From the human T2T-CHM13v2.0 reference genome, Homo sapiens: 64,000 nucleotides of DNA. The stretch lies in assembly GCF_009914755.1 (NCBI RefSeq), contig NC_060939.1; one strand, given 5' to 3'. Positions 41,301-56,300 of this stretch are shown one piece after another (the first letter of the stretch is position 1; every line of letters begins with the position of its first letter). The position numbers and the translations under genes were made by a program. The notes below the pieces were generated by a model. It was given only the letters and a program-made list of their open reading frames with translations, was not told the DNA's origin and ran no database searches.

Positions 41301-44300
41301 CTATTCCATTAGTCTCCATTCAATTCCATTAATCTCCATTCCATTCCATTCTACTCCAACTGATTCCATTCCATTCTATTCCTTTCCATTCCATTTCATT
41401 CCATTGCATTCCATTTCATTCCATTCCATTCCATTCGTGTCCATTCCACTCCAGTCCATTCCATTCGTGTCCATTCCATTCCAGTCCATTCCATTTGTGT
41501 CCACTGCATTCCATTCCACTCCATTCCATATTATTCCATTACACTCCATTCCATTCTATTACTTTCATTTCCATTCAATTCCATTCCATTTCATTCCATT
41601 CCACTCGGTTTCATTCCATTTGAGTCCACTCCATTCCATTCCATTCCATTCCATTCAGTTCCATTCCATTCTGTTCCATTCCATTCCGTTCCATTCCATT
41701 CCATTCCATTCGGTACCATTCCATACTGTTCCATTCGATTCCATTCGAATCCATTCCATTCCAGTCCATTCCATTCGATTCCATTCCATTCATTTCAATT
41801 CCATTCCATTCCATTCCATTACATTCCACTTGATTCCTCTCCATTCCCTTCCACTGCATTCCGTTCGATTCCATTCCATTGCATTGCATTCCATTCCATT
41901 GGATTGCATTCCATTCGATTCCATTCCATTCGAATCAATTACATAGCAATCCATTACATTCGAGTCTATTCTATTCCGTTCCATTCGATTTCGTTCCAAT
42001 CCATTCGATTCCATTCCATTCGATTCCATTCCATACTATTGCATTCCATTCGATTACATTATATTCGAATAAGTTCCATTCAAGACCATTTCTTTTGAGT
42101 CCATTCTATTTGAGTCCATTCCCTTTGATTCCATAACATTTGAGTCCATTCAATTCCATTCCTTTCGTTTCCATTCCATTTGATGCCATTCCATTCAATT
42201 CTGTTCTACTCGACTCCAATACATTCAATTCCATTCCATCCGATTCCATTACATTCTTTTCATTTCTTATCCATTTCAAGCCATTCCACTCCATTCCATT
42301 CCACTCGTTTCCTTTCCATTCGAGTCCATTCCTCTCCAGTCCATTCCGTTCAATCCATTCCATTCCAGTCCATTCCATTCGAGTCCGTTCCATTCCAGTC
42401 CATTCCATTCGAGTCAATTCCATCCCATTCGATGTCTTTCCATAACGATCCATTCCATTCTATTCCTTTCGATTCCATTCCATTCTATTTCATTCCATTC
42501 GATTCCCTTCCATTGGACTCCTTTCCATTCGAGTGCATTCCATTCCGTTCCATTTCTTTCCGTTCTGTACGATTCCTACCGTTCGATTTCATTTTGTTCC
42601 AGTCCATTCCTTTCGCGTCCATTCCATTCCATTTCACTCCATTCGATTCCATTCCACTCGATTCCACTTCGTTCCATTTCATTGCATTCCATTCTATTCA
42701 ACTCTATTGCCTTCCATTCCATTCCATTCGATTACATTCCATGCGATTCCATTCGAAATCGAATCAATTACATTGCAATCCATTACTATTGAGTCCATTT
42801 TATTCCAGTCCATGGCATTCTGGTCCATTCCATTTGATTCCATTCCATTCTATTCCATTCCATACAGTTGCATTCCATTGAACTCCATTCTATATCTATA
42901 AATTCAATTGGAGACCATTGCTTTTGAGTCCATTCTATATGATTCCATTCCATTCAAGTCCATTACATTTGGTTCAATTCCATTCCATTCCATTCCCTTC
43001 CATTCCATTCCAGTTGATATCAATCCATTCGATTCCATTCCATTCGAGCACATTCCATTCGAGTCCATTCCATTCGATGCCATTCCATTTGATTCTATTC
43101 CATTAGTCTCCATTCAATTCCATTAATCTCCATTCCATTCCATTCTACTCCAACTGATTCCATTCCATTCTATTCCTTTCCATTCCATTTCATTCCATTC
43201 CATTCCATTTCATTCCATTCCATTCCATTCCATTCCATTCGCTTCCATTCCATTCGTGTCCATTGCATTCCAGTCCATTCCATTTGTGTCCACTGCATTC
43301 CATTCCACTCCATTCCATATTATTCCATTACACTCCATTCCATTCTATTACTTTCATTTCCATTGAATTCCATTCCATTTGATTCCATTCCACTCGGTTT
43401 CATTCCATTTGAGTCCACTCCACTCCATTCCATTCCATTCCATTCCATTCTGTTCCATTCCATTCTGTTCCATTCCATTCCGTTCCATTGCATTCCATTC
43501 CATTCGGTACCATTCCATATTGTTCCATTCGATTCCATTCGAATCCATTCCATTCCAGTCCATTCCATTTGATTCCATTCCATTCCTTTCAATTCCATTC
43601 CATTCCATTCCATTCCACTTGATTCCACTCCATTCCCTTCCACTGCATTCCATTGCATTGCATTCCATTCCATTGGACTGCATTCCATTCGATTCCATTC
43701 CATTCGAATCAATTACATAGCAATCCATTACATTCGAGTCTATTCTATTCCGTTCCATTCGATTTCGTTCCAATCCATTCGATTCCATTCCATTCGATTC
43801 CATTCCATACTATTGCATTCCATTCTATTACATTATATTCGAATAAGTTCCATTCAAGACCATTTCTTTTGAGTCCATTCTATTTGAGTCCATTCCCTTT
43901 GATTCCATAACATTTGAGTCCATTCAATTCCATTCCTTTCGTTTCCATTCCATTTGATGCCATTCCATTCAATTCTGTTCTACTCGACTCCAATACATTC
44001 AATTCCATTCCATCCGATTCCATTACATTCTTTTCATTTCTTATCCATTTCAAGCCATTCCACTCCATTCCATTCCACTCGTTTCCTTTCCATTCGAGTC
44101 CATTCCTCTCCAGTCCATTCCGTTCAATCCATTCCATTCCAGTCCATTCCATTCGAGTCCGTTCCATTCCAGTCCATTCCATTCGAGTCAATTCCATTTC
44201 ATTCGATGTCTTTCCATAACGATCCATTCCATTCTATTCCTTTCGATTCCGTTCCATTCTATTTCATTCCATTCGATTCCCTTCCATTGGACTCCTTTCC

Positions 44301-47300
44301 ATTCGAGTGCATTCCATTCCGTTCCATTGCTTTCCGTTCTGTACGATTCCTACCGTTTGATTTCATTTTGTTCCAGTCCATTCTTTCGCGTCCATTCCAT
44401 TCCATTTCACTCCATTCGATTCCATTCCACTCGATTCCACTTCGTTCCATTTCATTGCATTCCATTCTATTCAACTCTATTGCCTTCCATTCCATTCCAT
44501 TCGATTACATTCCATGCGATTCCATTCGAAATTGAATCAATTACATTGCAAACCATTACTATTGAGTCCCTTTTATTCCAGTCCACTGCATTCTGGTCCA
44601 TTCCATTTGATTCCATTCCATTCTATTCCATTCCATACAGTTGCATTCCATTGGATTCCATGCTATATCTATAAATTCAATTCGAGACCATTGCTTTTGA
44701 GTCCATTCTATATGATTCCTTTCCATTCAAGTCCATTACATTTGGTTAAATTCCATTCCATTCGGTTAATTCAATTCCATTCCATTCCCTTCCATTCCAT
44801 TCCAGTTGATATCAATCCATTCGATTCCATTCCATTCGAGCACATTCCATTCGAGTCCATTCCATTCGATGCCATTCCATTTGATTCTATTCCATTAGTC
44901 TCCATTCAATTCCATTAATCTCCATTCCATTCCATTCTACTCCAACTGATTCCATTCCATTCTATTCCTTTCCATTCCATTTCATTCCATTCCATTCCAT
45001 TCCATTCCATTCCATTCCATTCCATTCGTGTCCATTCCACTCCAGTCCATTCCATTCGTATCCATTCCATTCCAGTCCATTCCATTTGTGTCCACTGCAT
45101 TCCGTTCCACTCCATTCCATATTATTCCATTACACTCCATTCCATTCTATTACTTTCATTTCCATTCAATTCCATTCCATTTGATTCCATTCCACTCGGT
45201 TCCATTCCATTTGAGTCCACTCCATTCCATTCCATTCCATTCAGTTCCATTCCATTCTGTTCCATTCCATTCCGTTCCATTAAATTCCATTCCATTCGGT
45301 ACCATTCCATATTGTTCCATTCGATTCCATTCGAATCCATTCCATTCCAGTCCATTCCATTCGATTCTATTCCATTCATTTCAATTCCATTCCATTCCAT
45401 TCCATTACATTCCACTTGATTCCTCTCCATTCCCTTCCACTGCATTCCGTTCGATTCCATTCCATTGCATTGCATTCCATTCCATTGGATTGCATTCCAT
45501 TCGATTCCATTCCATTCGAATCAATTATATAGCAATCCATTACATTCGAGTCTATTCTATTCCGTTCCATTCGATTTCGTTCCAATCCATTCGATTCCAT
45601 TCCATTCGATTCCATTCCATACTATTGCATTCCATTCGATTACATTATATTCGAATAAGTTCCATTCAAGACCATTTCTTTTGAGTCCATTCTATTTGAG
45701 TCCATTCCCTTTGATTCCATAACATTTGAGTCCATTCAATTCCATTCCTTTCGTTTCCATTCCATTTGATGCCATTCCATTCAATTCTGTTCTACTCGAC
45801 TCCAATACATTCAATTCCATTCCATCCGATTCCATTACATTCTTTTCATTTCTTATCCATTTCAAGCCATTCCACTCCATTCCATTCCACTCGTTTCCTT
45901 TCCATTCGAGTCCATTCCTCTCCAGTCCATTCCGTTCAATCCATTCCATTCCAGTCCATTCCATTCGAGTCCGTTCCATTCCAGTCCATTCCATTCGAGT
46001 CAATTCCATCCCATTCGATGTCTTTCCATAACGATCCATTCCATTCTATTCCTTTCGATTCCATTCCATTCTATTTCATTCCATTCGATTCCCTTCCATT
46101 GGACTACTTTCCATTCGAGTGCATTCCATTCCGTTCCATTTCTTTCCGTTCTGTACGATTCCTACCGTTCGATTTCATTTTGTTCCAGTCCATTCCTTTC
46201 GCGTCCATTCCATTCCATTTCACTCCATTCGATTCCATTCCACTCGATTCCACTTCGTTCCATTTCATTGCATTCCATTCTATTCAACTCTATTGCCTTC
46301 CATTCCATTCCATTCGATTACATTCCATGCGATTCCATTCGAAATCGAATCAATTACATTGCAATCCATTACTATTGAGTCCATTTTATTCCAGTCCACT
46401 GCATTCTGGTCCATTCCATTTGATTCCATTCCATTCTATTCCATTCCATACAGTTGCATTCCATTGAACTCCATTCTATATCTATAAATTCAATTGGAGA
46501 CCATTGCTTTTGAGTCCATTCTATATGATTCCATTCCATTCAAGTCCATTACATTTGGTTCAATTCCATTCCATTCCATTCCCTTCCATTCCATTCCAGT
46601 TGATATCAATCCATTCGATTCCATTCCATTCGAGCACATTCCATTCGAGTCCATTCCATTCGATGCCATTCCATTTAATTCTATTCCATTAGTCTCCATT
46701 CAATTCCATTAATCTCCATTCCATTCCATTCTACTCCAACTGATTCCATTCCATTCTATTCCTTTCCATTCCATTTCATTCCATTCCATTCCATTTCATT
46801 CCATTCCATTCCATTCCATTCCATTCCATTCGCTTCCATTCCATTCGTGTCCATTGCATTCCAGTCCATTCCATTTGTGTCCACTGCATTCCATTCCACT
46901 CCATTCCATATTATTCCATTACACTCCATTCCATTCTATTACTTTCATTTCCATTGAATTCCATTCCATTTGATTCCATTCCACTCGGTTTCATTCCATT
47001 TGAGTCCACTCCACTCCATTCCATTCCATTCCATTCCATTCAGTTCCATTCCATTCTGTTCCATTCCATTCCGTTCCATTGCATTCCATTCCATTCGGTA
47101 CCATTCCATATTGTTCCATTCGATTCCATTCGAATCCATTCCATTCCAGTCCATTCCATTTGATTCCATTCCATTCCTTTCAATTCCATTCCATTCCATT
47201 CCATTCCACTTGATTCCACTCCATTCCCTTCCACTGCATTCCATTGCATTGCATTCCATTCCATTGGACTGCATTCCATTCGATTCCATTCCATTCGAAT

Positions 47301-50300
47301 CAATTACATAGCAATCCATTACATTCGAGTCTATTCTATTCCGTTCCATTCGATTTCGTTCCAATCCATTCGATTCCATTCCATTCGATTCCATTCCATA
47401 CTATTGCATTCCATTCTATTACATTATATTCGAATAAGTTCCATTCAAGACCATTTCTTTTGAGTCCATTCTATTTGAGTCCATTCCCTTTGATTCCATA
47501 ACATTTGAGTCCATTCAATTCCATTCCTTTCGTTTCCATTCCATTTGATGCCATTCCATTCAATTCTGTTCTACTCGACTCCAATACATTCAATTCCATT
47601 CCATCCGATTCCATTACATTCTTTTCATTTCTTATCCATTTCAAGCCATTCCACTCCATTCCATTCCACTCGTTTCCTTTCCATTCGAGTCCATTCCTCT
47701 CCAGTCCATTCCGTTCAATCCATTCCATTCCAGTCCATTCCATTCGAGTCCGTTCCATTCCAGTCCATTCCATTCGAGTCAATTCCATTTCATTCGATGT
47801 CTTTCCATAACGATCCATTCCATTCTATTCCTTTCGATTCCATTCCATTCTATTTCATTCCATTCGATTCCCTTCCATTGGACTCCTTTCCATTCGAGTG
47901 CATTCCATTCCGTTCCATTGCTTTCCGTTCTGTACGATTCCTACCGTTTGATTTCATTTTGTTCCAGTCCATTCTTTCGCGTCCATTCCATTCCATTTCA
48001 CTCCATTCGATTCCATTCCACTCGATTCCACTTCGTTCCATTTCATTGCATTCCATTCTATTCAACTCTATTGCCTTCCATTCTATTCCATTCGATTACA
48101 TTCCATGCGATTCCATTCGAAATTGAATCAATTACATTGCAATCCATTACAATTGAGTCCGTTTTATTCCAGTCCACTGCATTCTGGTCCATTCCATTTG
48201 ATTCCATTCCATTCTATTCCATTCCATACAGTTGCATTCCATTGGATTCCATGCTATATCTATAAATTCAATTCGAGACCATTGCTTTTGAGTCCATTCT
48301 ATATGATTCCTTTCCATTCAAGTCCATTACATTTGGTTAAATTCCATTCCATTCGGTTCAATTCCATTCCATTCCATTCCCTTCCATTCCATTCCAGTTG
48401 ATATCAATCCATTCGATTCCATTCCATTCGAGCACATTCCATTCGAGTCCATTCCATTCGATGCCATTCCATTTGATTCTATTCCATTAGTCTCCATTCA
48501 ATTCCATTAATCTCCATTCCATTCCATTCTACTCCAACTGATTCCATTCCATTCTATTCCTTTCCATTCCATTTCATTCCATTCCATTCCATTCCATTCC
48601 ATTCCATTCCATTCCATTCGTGTCCATTCCACTCCAGTCCATTCCATTCGTATCCATTCCATTCCATTCCATTCCATTTGTGTCCACTGCATTCCATTAC
48701 ACTCCATTCCATATTATTCCATTACACTCCATTCCATTCTATTACTTTCATTTCCATTCATTTCCATTCCATTTGATTCCATTCCACTCGGTTTCATTCC
48801 ATTTGAGTCCACTCCATTCCATTCCATTCCATTCAGTTCCATTCCATTCTGTTCCATTCCATTCCGTTCCATTAAATTCCATTCCATTCGGTACCATTCC
48901 ATATTGTTCCATTCGATTCCATTCGAATCCATTCCATTCCAGTCCATTCCATTCGATTCCATTCCATTCATTTCAATTCCATTCCATTCCATTCCATTAC
49001 ATTCCACTTGATTCCTCTCCATTCCCTTCCACTGCATTCCGTTCGATTCCATTCCATTGCATTGCATTCCATTCCATTGGATTGCATTCCATTCGATTCC
49101 ATTCCATTCGAATCAATTACATACCAATCCATTACATTCGAGTCTATTCTCTTCCGTTCCATTCGATTTCGTTCCAATCCATTCGATTCCATTCCATTCG
49201 ATTCCATTCCATACTATTGCATTCCATTCGATTACATTATATTCGAATAAGTTCCATTCAAGACCATTTCTTTTGAGTCCATTCTATTTGAGTCCATTCC
49301 CTTTGATTCCATAACATTTGAGTCCATTCAATTCCATTCCTTTCGTTTCCATTCCATTTGATGCCATTCCATTCAATTCTGTTCTACTCGACTCCAATAC
49401 ATTCAATTCCATTCCATCCGATTCCATTACATTCTTTTCATTTCTTATCCATTTCAAGCCATTCCACTCCATTCCATTCCACTCGCTTCCTTTCCATTCG
49501 AGTCCATTCCTCTCCAGTCCATTCCGTTCAATCCATTCCATTCCAGTCCATTCCATTCGAGTCCGTTCCATTCCAGTCCATTCCATTCGAGTCAATTCCA
49601 TTCCATTCGATGTCTTTCCATAACGATCCATTCCATTCTATTCCTTTCGATTCCATTCCATTCTATTTCATTCCATTCGATTCCCTTCCATTGGACTCCT
49701 TTCCATTCGAGTGCATTCCATTCCGTTCCATTTCTTTCCGTTCTGTACGATTCCTACCGTTCGATTTCATTTTGTTCCAGTCCATTCCTTTCGCGTCCAT
49801 TCCATTCCATTTCACTCCATTCGATTCCATTCCACTCGATTCCACTTCGTTCCATTTCATTGCATTCCATTCTATTCAACTCTATTGCCTTCCATTCCAT
49901 TCCATTCGATTACATTCCATGCGATTCCATTCGAAATCGAATCAATTACATTGCAATCCATTACTATTGAGTCCGTTTTATTCCAGTCCACTGCATTCTG
50001 GTCCATTCCATTTGATTCCATTCCATTCTATTCCATTCCATGCAGTAGCATTCCATTGGATTCCATGCTATATCTATAAATTCAATTGGAGACCATTGCT
50101 TTTGAGTCCATTCTATATGATTCCATTCCATTCAACTCCATTACATTTGGTTAAATTCCATTCCATTCGGTTTAATTCCATTCCATTCCATTCCCTTCCA
50201 TTCCATTCCAGTTGATATCAATCCATTCGATTCCATTCCATTCGAGCACATTCCATTCGATGCCATTCCATTTGATTGTATTCCATTAGTCTCCATTCAA

Positions 50301-53300
50301 TTCCATTAATCTCCATTCCATTCCATTCTACTCCAACTGATTCCATTCCATTCTATTCCATTCCATTCCATTTCATTCCATTCCATTCCATTTCATTCCA
50401 TTCCATTCCATTCGTGTCCATTCCACTGCAGTCCATTCCATTCGTGTCCATTCCATTCCAGTCCATTCGATTTGTGTCCACTGCATTCAATTCCACTCCA
50501 TTCCATATTATTCCATTACACTCCATTCCATTCTATTACTTTCATTTCCATTCAATTCCATTCCATTTGATTCCATTCCACTCGGTTTCATTCCATTTGA
50601 GTCCACTCCATTCCATTCCATTCCATTCCATTCAGTTCCATTCCATTCTGTTCCATTCCATTCCGTTCCATTACATTCCATTCCATTCGGTACCATTCCA
50701 TATTGTTCCATTCGATTCCATTCGAATCCATTCCATTCCAGTCCATTCCATTCGATTCCATTCCATTCATTTCAATTCCATTCCATTCCATTACATTACA
50801 TTCCACTTGATTCCTCTCCATTCCCTTCCACTGCATTCCGTTCGATTCCATTCCATTGCATTGCATTCCTTTCCATTGGATTGCATTCCATTCGATTCCA
50901 TTCCATTCGAATCAATTACATACCAATCCATTACATTCGAGTCTATTCTCTTCCGTTCCATTCGATTTCGTTCCAATCCATTCGATTCCATTCCATTCGA
51001 TTCCATTCCATACTATTGCATTCCATTCGATTACATTATATTCGAATAAGTTCCATTCAAGACCATTTCTTTTGAGTCCATTCTATTTGAGTCCATTCCC
51101 TTTGATTCCATAACATTTGAGTCCATTCAATTCCATTCCTTTCGTTTCCATTCCATTTGATGCCATTCCATTCAATTCTGTTCTACTCGACTCCAATACA
51201 TTCAATTCCATTCCATCCGATTCCATTACATTCTTTTCATTTCTTATCCATTTCAAGCCATTCCACTCCATTCCATTCCACTCGTTTCCTTTCCATTCGA
51301 GTCCATTCCTCTCCAGTCCATTCCGTTCAATCCATTCCATTCCAGTCCATTCCATTCGAGTCCGTTCCATTCCAGTCCATTCCATTCGAGTCAATTCCAT
51401 CCCATTCGATGTCTTTCCATAACGATCCATTCCATTCTATTCCTTTCGATTCCATTCCATTCTATTTCATTCCATTCGATTCCCTTCCATTGGACTCCTT
51501 TCCATTCGAGTGCATTCCATTCCGTTCCATTTCTTTCCGTTCTGTACGATTCCTACCGTTCGATTTCATTTTGTTCCAGTCCATTCCTTTCGCGTCCATT
51601 CCATTCCATTTCACTCCATTCGATTCCATTCCACTCGATTCCACTTCGTTCCATTTCATTGCATTCCATTCTATTCAACTCTATTGCCTTCCATTCCATT
51701 CCATTCGATTACATTCCATGCGATTCCATTCGAAATCGAATCGATTACATTGCAATCCATTACTATTGAGTCCATTTTATTCCAGTCCACTGCATTCTGG
51801 TCCATTCCATTTGATTCCATTCCATTCTATTCCATTCCATACAGTTGCATTCCATTGAACTCCATTCTATATCTATAAATTCAATTCGAGACCATTGCTT
51901 TTGAGTCCATTCTATATGATTCCATTCCATTCAAGTCCATTACATTTGGTTCAATTCCATTCCATTCCATTCCCTTCCATTCCATTCCAGTTGATATCAA
52001 TCCATTCGATTCCATTCCATTCGAGCACATTCTATTCGAGTCCATTCCATTCGATGCCATTCCATTTGATTCTATTCCATTAGTCTCCATTCAATTCCAT
52101 TAATCTCCATTCCATTCCATTCTACTCCAACTGATTCCATTCCATTCTATTCCTTTCCATTCCATTTCATTCCATTCCATTCCATTTCATTCCATTCCAT
52201 TCCATTCCATTCCATTCGCTTCCATTCCATTCGTGTCCATTGCATTCCAGTCCATTCCATTTGTGTCCACTGCATTCCATTCCACTCCATTCCATATTAT
52301 TCCATTACACTCCATTCCATTCTATTACTTTCATTTCCATTGAATTCCATTCCATTTGATTCCATTCCACTCGGTTTCATTCCATTTGAGTCCACTCCAC
52401 TCCATTCCATTCCATTCCATTCCATTCAGTTCCATTCCATTCTGTTCCATTCCATTCCGTTCCATTGCATTCCATTCCATTCGGTACCATTCCATATTGT
52501 TCCATTCGATTCCATTCGAATCCATTCCATTCCAGTCCATTCCATTTGATTCCATTCCATTCCTTTCAATTCCATTCCATTCCATTCCATTCCACTTGAT
52601 TCCACTCCATTCCCTTCCACTGCATTCCATTGCATTGCATTCCATTCCATTGGACTGCATTCCATTCGATTCCATTCCATTCGAATCAATTACATAGCAA
52701 TCCATTACATTCGAGTCTATTCTATTCCGTTCCATTCGATTTCGTTCCAATCCATTCGATTCCATTCCATTCGATTCCATTCCATACTATTGCATTCCAT
52801 TCTATTACATTATATTCGAATAAGTTCCATTCAAGACCATTTCTTTTGAGTCCATTCTATTTGAGTCCATTCCCTTTGATTCCATAACATTTGAGTCCAT
52901 TCAATTCCATTCCTTTCGTTTCCATTCCATTTGATGCCATTCCATTCAATTCTGTTCTACTCGACTCCAATACATTCAATTCCATTCCATCCGATTCCAT
53001 TACATTCTTTTCATTTCTTATCCATTTCAAGCCATTCCACTCCATTCCATTCCACTCGTTTCCTTTCCATTCGAGTCCATTCCTCTCCAGTCCATTCCGT
53101 TCAATCCATTCCATTCCAGTCCATTCCATTCGAGTCCGTTCCATTCCAGTCCATTCCATTCGAGTCAATTCCATTTCATTCGATGTCTTTCCATAACGAT
53201 CCATTCCATTCTATTCCTTTCGATTCCATTCCATTCTATTTCATTCCATTCGATTCCCTTCCATTGGACTCCTTTCCATTCGAGTGCATTCCATTCCGTT

Positions 53301-56300
53301 CCATTTCTTTCCGTTCTGTACGATTCCTACCGTTTGATTTCATTTTGTTCCAGTCCATTCTTTCGCGTCCATTCCATTCCATTTCACTCCATTCGATTCC
53401 ATTCCACTCGATTCCACTTCGTTCCATTTCATTGCATTCCATTCTATTCAACTCTATTGCCTTCCATTCCATTCCATTCGATTACATTCCATGCGATTCC
53501 ATTCGAAATCGAATCAATTACATTGCAATCCATTACTATTGAGTCCGTTTTATTCCAGTCCACTGCATTCTGGTCCATTCCATTTGATTCCATTCCATTC
53601 TATTCCATTCCATACAGTTGCATTCCATTGGATTCCATGCTATATCTATAAATTCAATTCGAGACCATTGCTTTTGAGTCCATTCTATATGATTCCTTTC
53701 CATTCAAGTCCATTACATTTGGTTAAATTCCATTCCATTCGGTTCAATTCCATTCCATTCCATTCCCTTCCATTCCATTCCAGTTGATATCAATCCATTC
53801 GATTCCATTCCATTCGAGCACATTCCATTCGAGTCCATTCCATTCGATGCCATTCCATTTGATTCTATTCCATTAGTCTCCATTCAATTCCATTAATCTC
53901 CATTCCATTCCATTCTACTCCAACTGATTCCATTCCATTCTATTCCTTTCCATTCCATTTCATTCCATTCCATTCCATTCCATTCCATTCCATTCCATTC
54001 CATTCGTGTCCATTCCACTCCAGTCCATTCCATTCGTATCCATTCCATTCCAGTCCATTCCATTTGTGTCCACTGCATTCCATTCCACTCCATTCCATAT
54101 TATTCCATTACACTCCATTCCATTCTATTACTTTCATTTCCATTCAATTCCATTCCATTTGATTCCATTCCACTCGGTTTCATTCCATTTGAGTCCACTC
54201 CATTCCATTCCATTCCATTCAGTTCCATTCCATTCTGTTCCATTCCATTCCGTTCCATTACATTCCATTCCATTCGGTACCATTCCATATTGTTCCATTC
54301 GATTCCATTCGAATCCATTCCATTCCAGTCCATTCCATTCGATTCCATTCCATTCATTTCAATTCCATTCCATTCCATTCCATTACATTCCACTTGATTC
54401 CTCTCCATTCCCTTCCACTGCATTCCGTTCGATTCCATTCCATTGCATTGCATTCCATTCCATTGGATTGCATTCCATTCGATTCCATTCCATTCGAATC
54501 AATTACATAGCAATCCATTACATTCGAGTCTATTCTCTTCCGTTCCATTCGATTTCGTTCCAATCCATTCGATTCCATTCCATTCGATTCCATTCCATAC
54601 TATTGCATTCCATTCGATTACATTATATTCGAATAAGTTCCATTCAAGACCATTTCTTTTGAGTCCATTCTATTTGAGTCCATTCCCTTTGATTCCATAA
54701 CATTTGAGTCCATTCAATTCCATTCCTTTCGTTTCCATTCCATTTGATGCCATTCCATTCAATTCTGTTCTACTCGACTCCAATACATTCAATTCCATTC
54801 CATCCGATTCCATTACATTCTTTTCATTTCTTATCCATTTCAAGCCATTCCACTCCATTCCATTCCACTCGTTTCCTTTCCATTCGAGTCCATTCCTCTC
54901 CAGTCCATTCCGTTCAATCCATTCCATTCCAGTCCATTCCATTCGAGTCCGTTCCATTCCAGTCCATTCCATTTGAGTCAATTCCATTCCATTCGATGTC
55001 TTTCCATAACGATCCATTCCATTCTATTCCTTTCGATTCCATTCCATTCTATTTCATTCCATTCGATTCCCTTCCATTGGACTCCTTTCCATTCGAGTGC
55101 ATTCCATTCCGTTCCATTTCTTTCCGTTCTGTACGATTCCTACCGTTCGATTTCATTTTGTTCCAGTCCATTCTTTCGCGTCCATTCCATTCCATTTCAC
55201 TCCATTCGATTCCATTCCACTCGATTCCACTTCGTTCCATTTCATTGCATTCCATTCTATTCAACTCTATTGCCTTCCATTCCATTCCATTCGATTACAT
55301 TCCATGCGATTCCATTCGAAATCGAATCAATTACATTGCAATCCATTACTATTGAGTCCGTTTTATTTCAGTCCACTGCATTCTGGTCCATTCCATTTGA
55401 TTCCATTCCATTCTATTCCATTCCATAGAGTTGCATTCCATTGGATTCCATGCTATATCTATAAATTCAATTCGAGACCATTGCTTTTGAGTCCATTCTA
55501 TATGATTCCATTCCATTCAAGTCCATTACATTTGGTTCAATTCCATTCCATTCGGTTCAATTCCATTCCATTCCATTCCCTTCCATTCCATTCCAGTTGA
55601 TATCAATCCATTCGAGCACATTCCATTCGATGCCATTCTATTTGATTCTATTCCATTAGTCTCCATTCAATTCCATTAATCTCCATTCCATTCCATTCTA
55701 CTCCAACTGATTCCATTCCATTCTATTCCATTCCATTCCATTTCATTCCATTCCATTCCATTTCATTCCATTCCATTCCATTCGTGTCCATTCCACTGCA
55801 GTCCATTCCATTCGTGTCCATTCCATTCCAGTCCATTCGATTTGTGTCCACTGCATTCAATTCCACTCCATTCCATATTATTCCATTACACTCCATTCCA
55901 TTCTGTTACTTTCATTTCCATTCAATTCCATTCCATTTGATTCCATTCCACTCGGTTTCATTCCATTTGAGTCCACTCCATTCCATTCCATTCCATTCCA
56001 TTCAGTTCCATTCCATTCTGTTCCATTACATTCCGTTCCATTACATTCCATTCCATTCGGTACCATTCCATATTGTTCCATTCGATTCCATTCGAATCCA
56101 TTCCATTCCAGTCCATTCCATTCGATTCCATTCCATTCATTTCAATTCCATTCCATTCCATTATATTACATTCCACTTGATTCCTCTCCATTCCCTTCCA
56201 CTGCATTCCGTTCGATTCCATTCCATTGCATTGCATTCCATTCCATTGGATTGCATTCCATTCGATTCCATTCCATTCGAATCAATTACATAGCAATCCA

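Noticed and set aside
6207-49314. Y-chromosome DYZ1 (~3.6-kb unit), suggested by the 3582-3593 bp dimers
   Set aside because: These dimers are made of two nearly identical 1.8-kb monomers and are only local. I saw no HaeIII GGCC site, which defines DYZ1.
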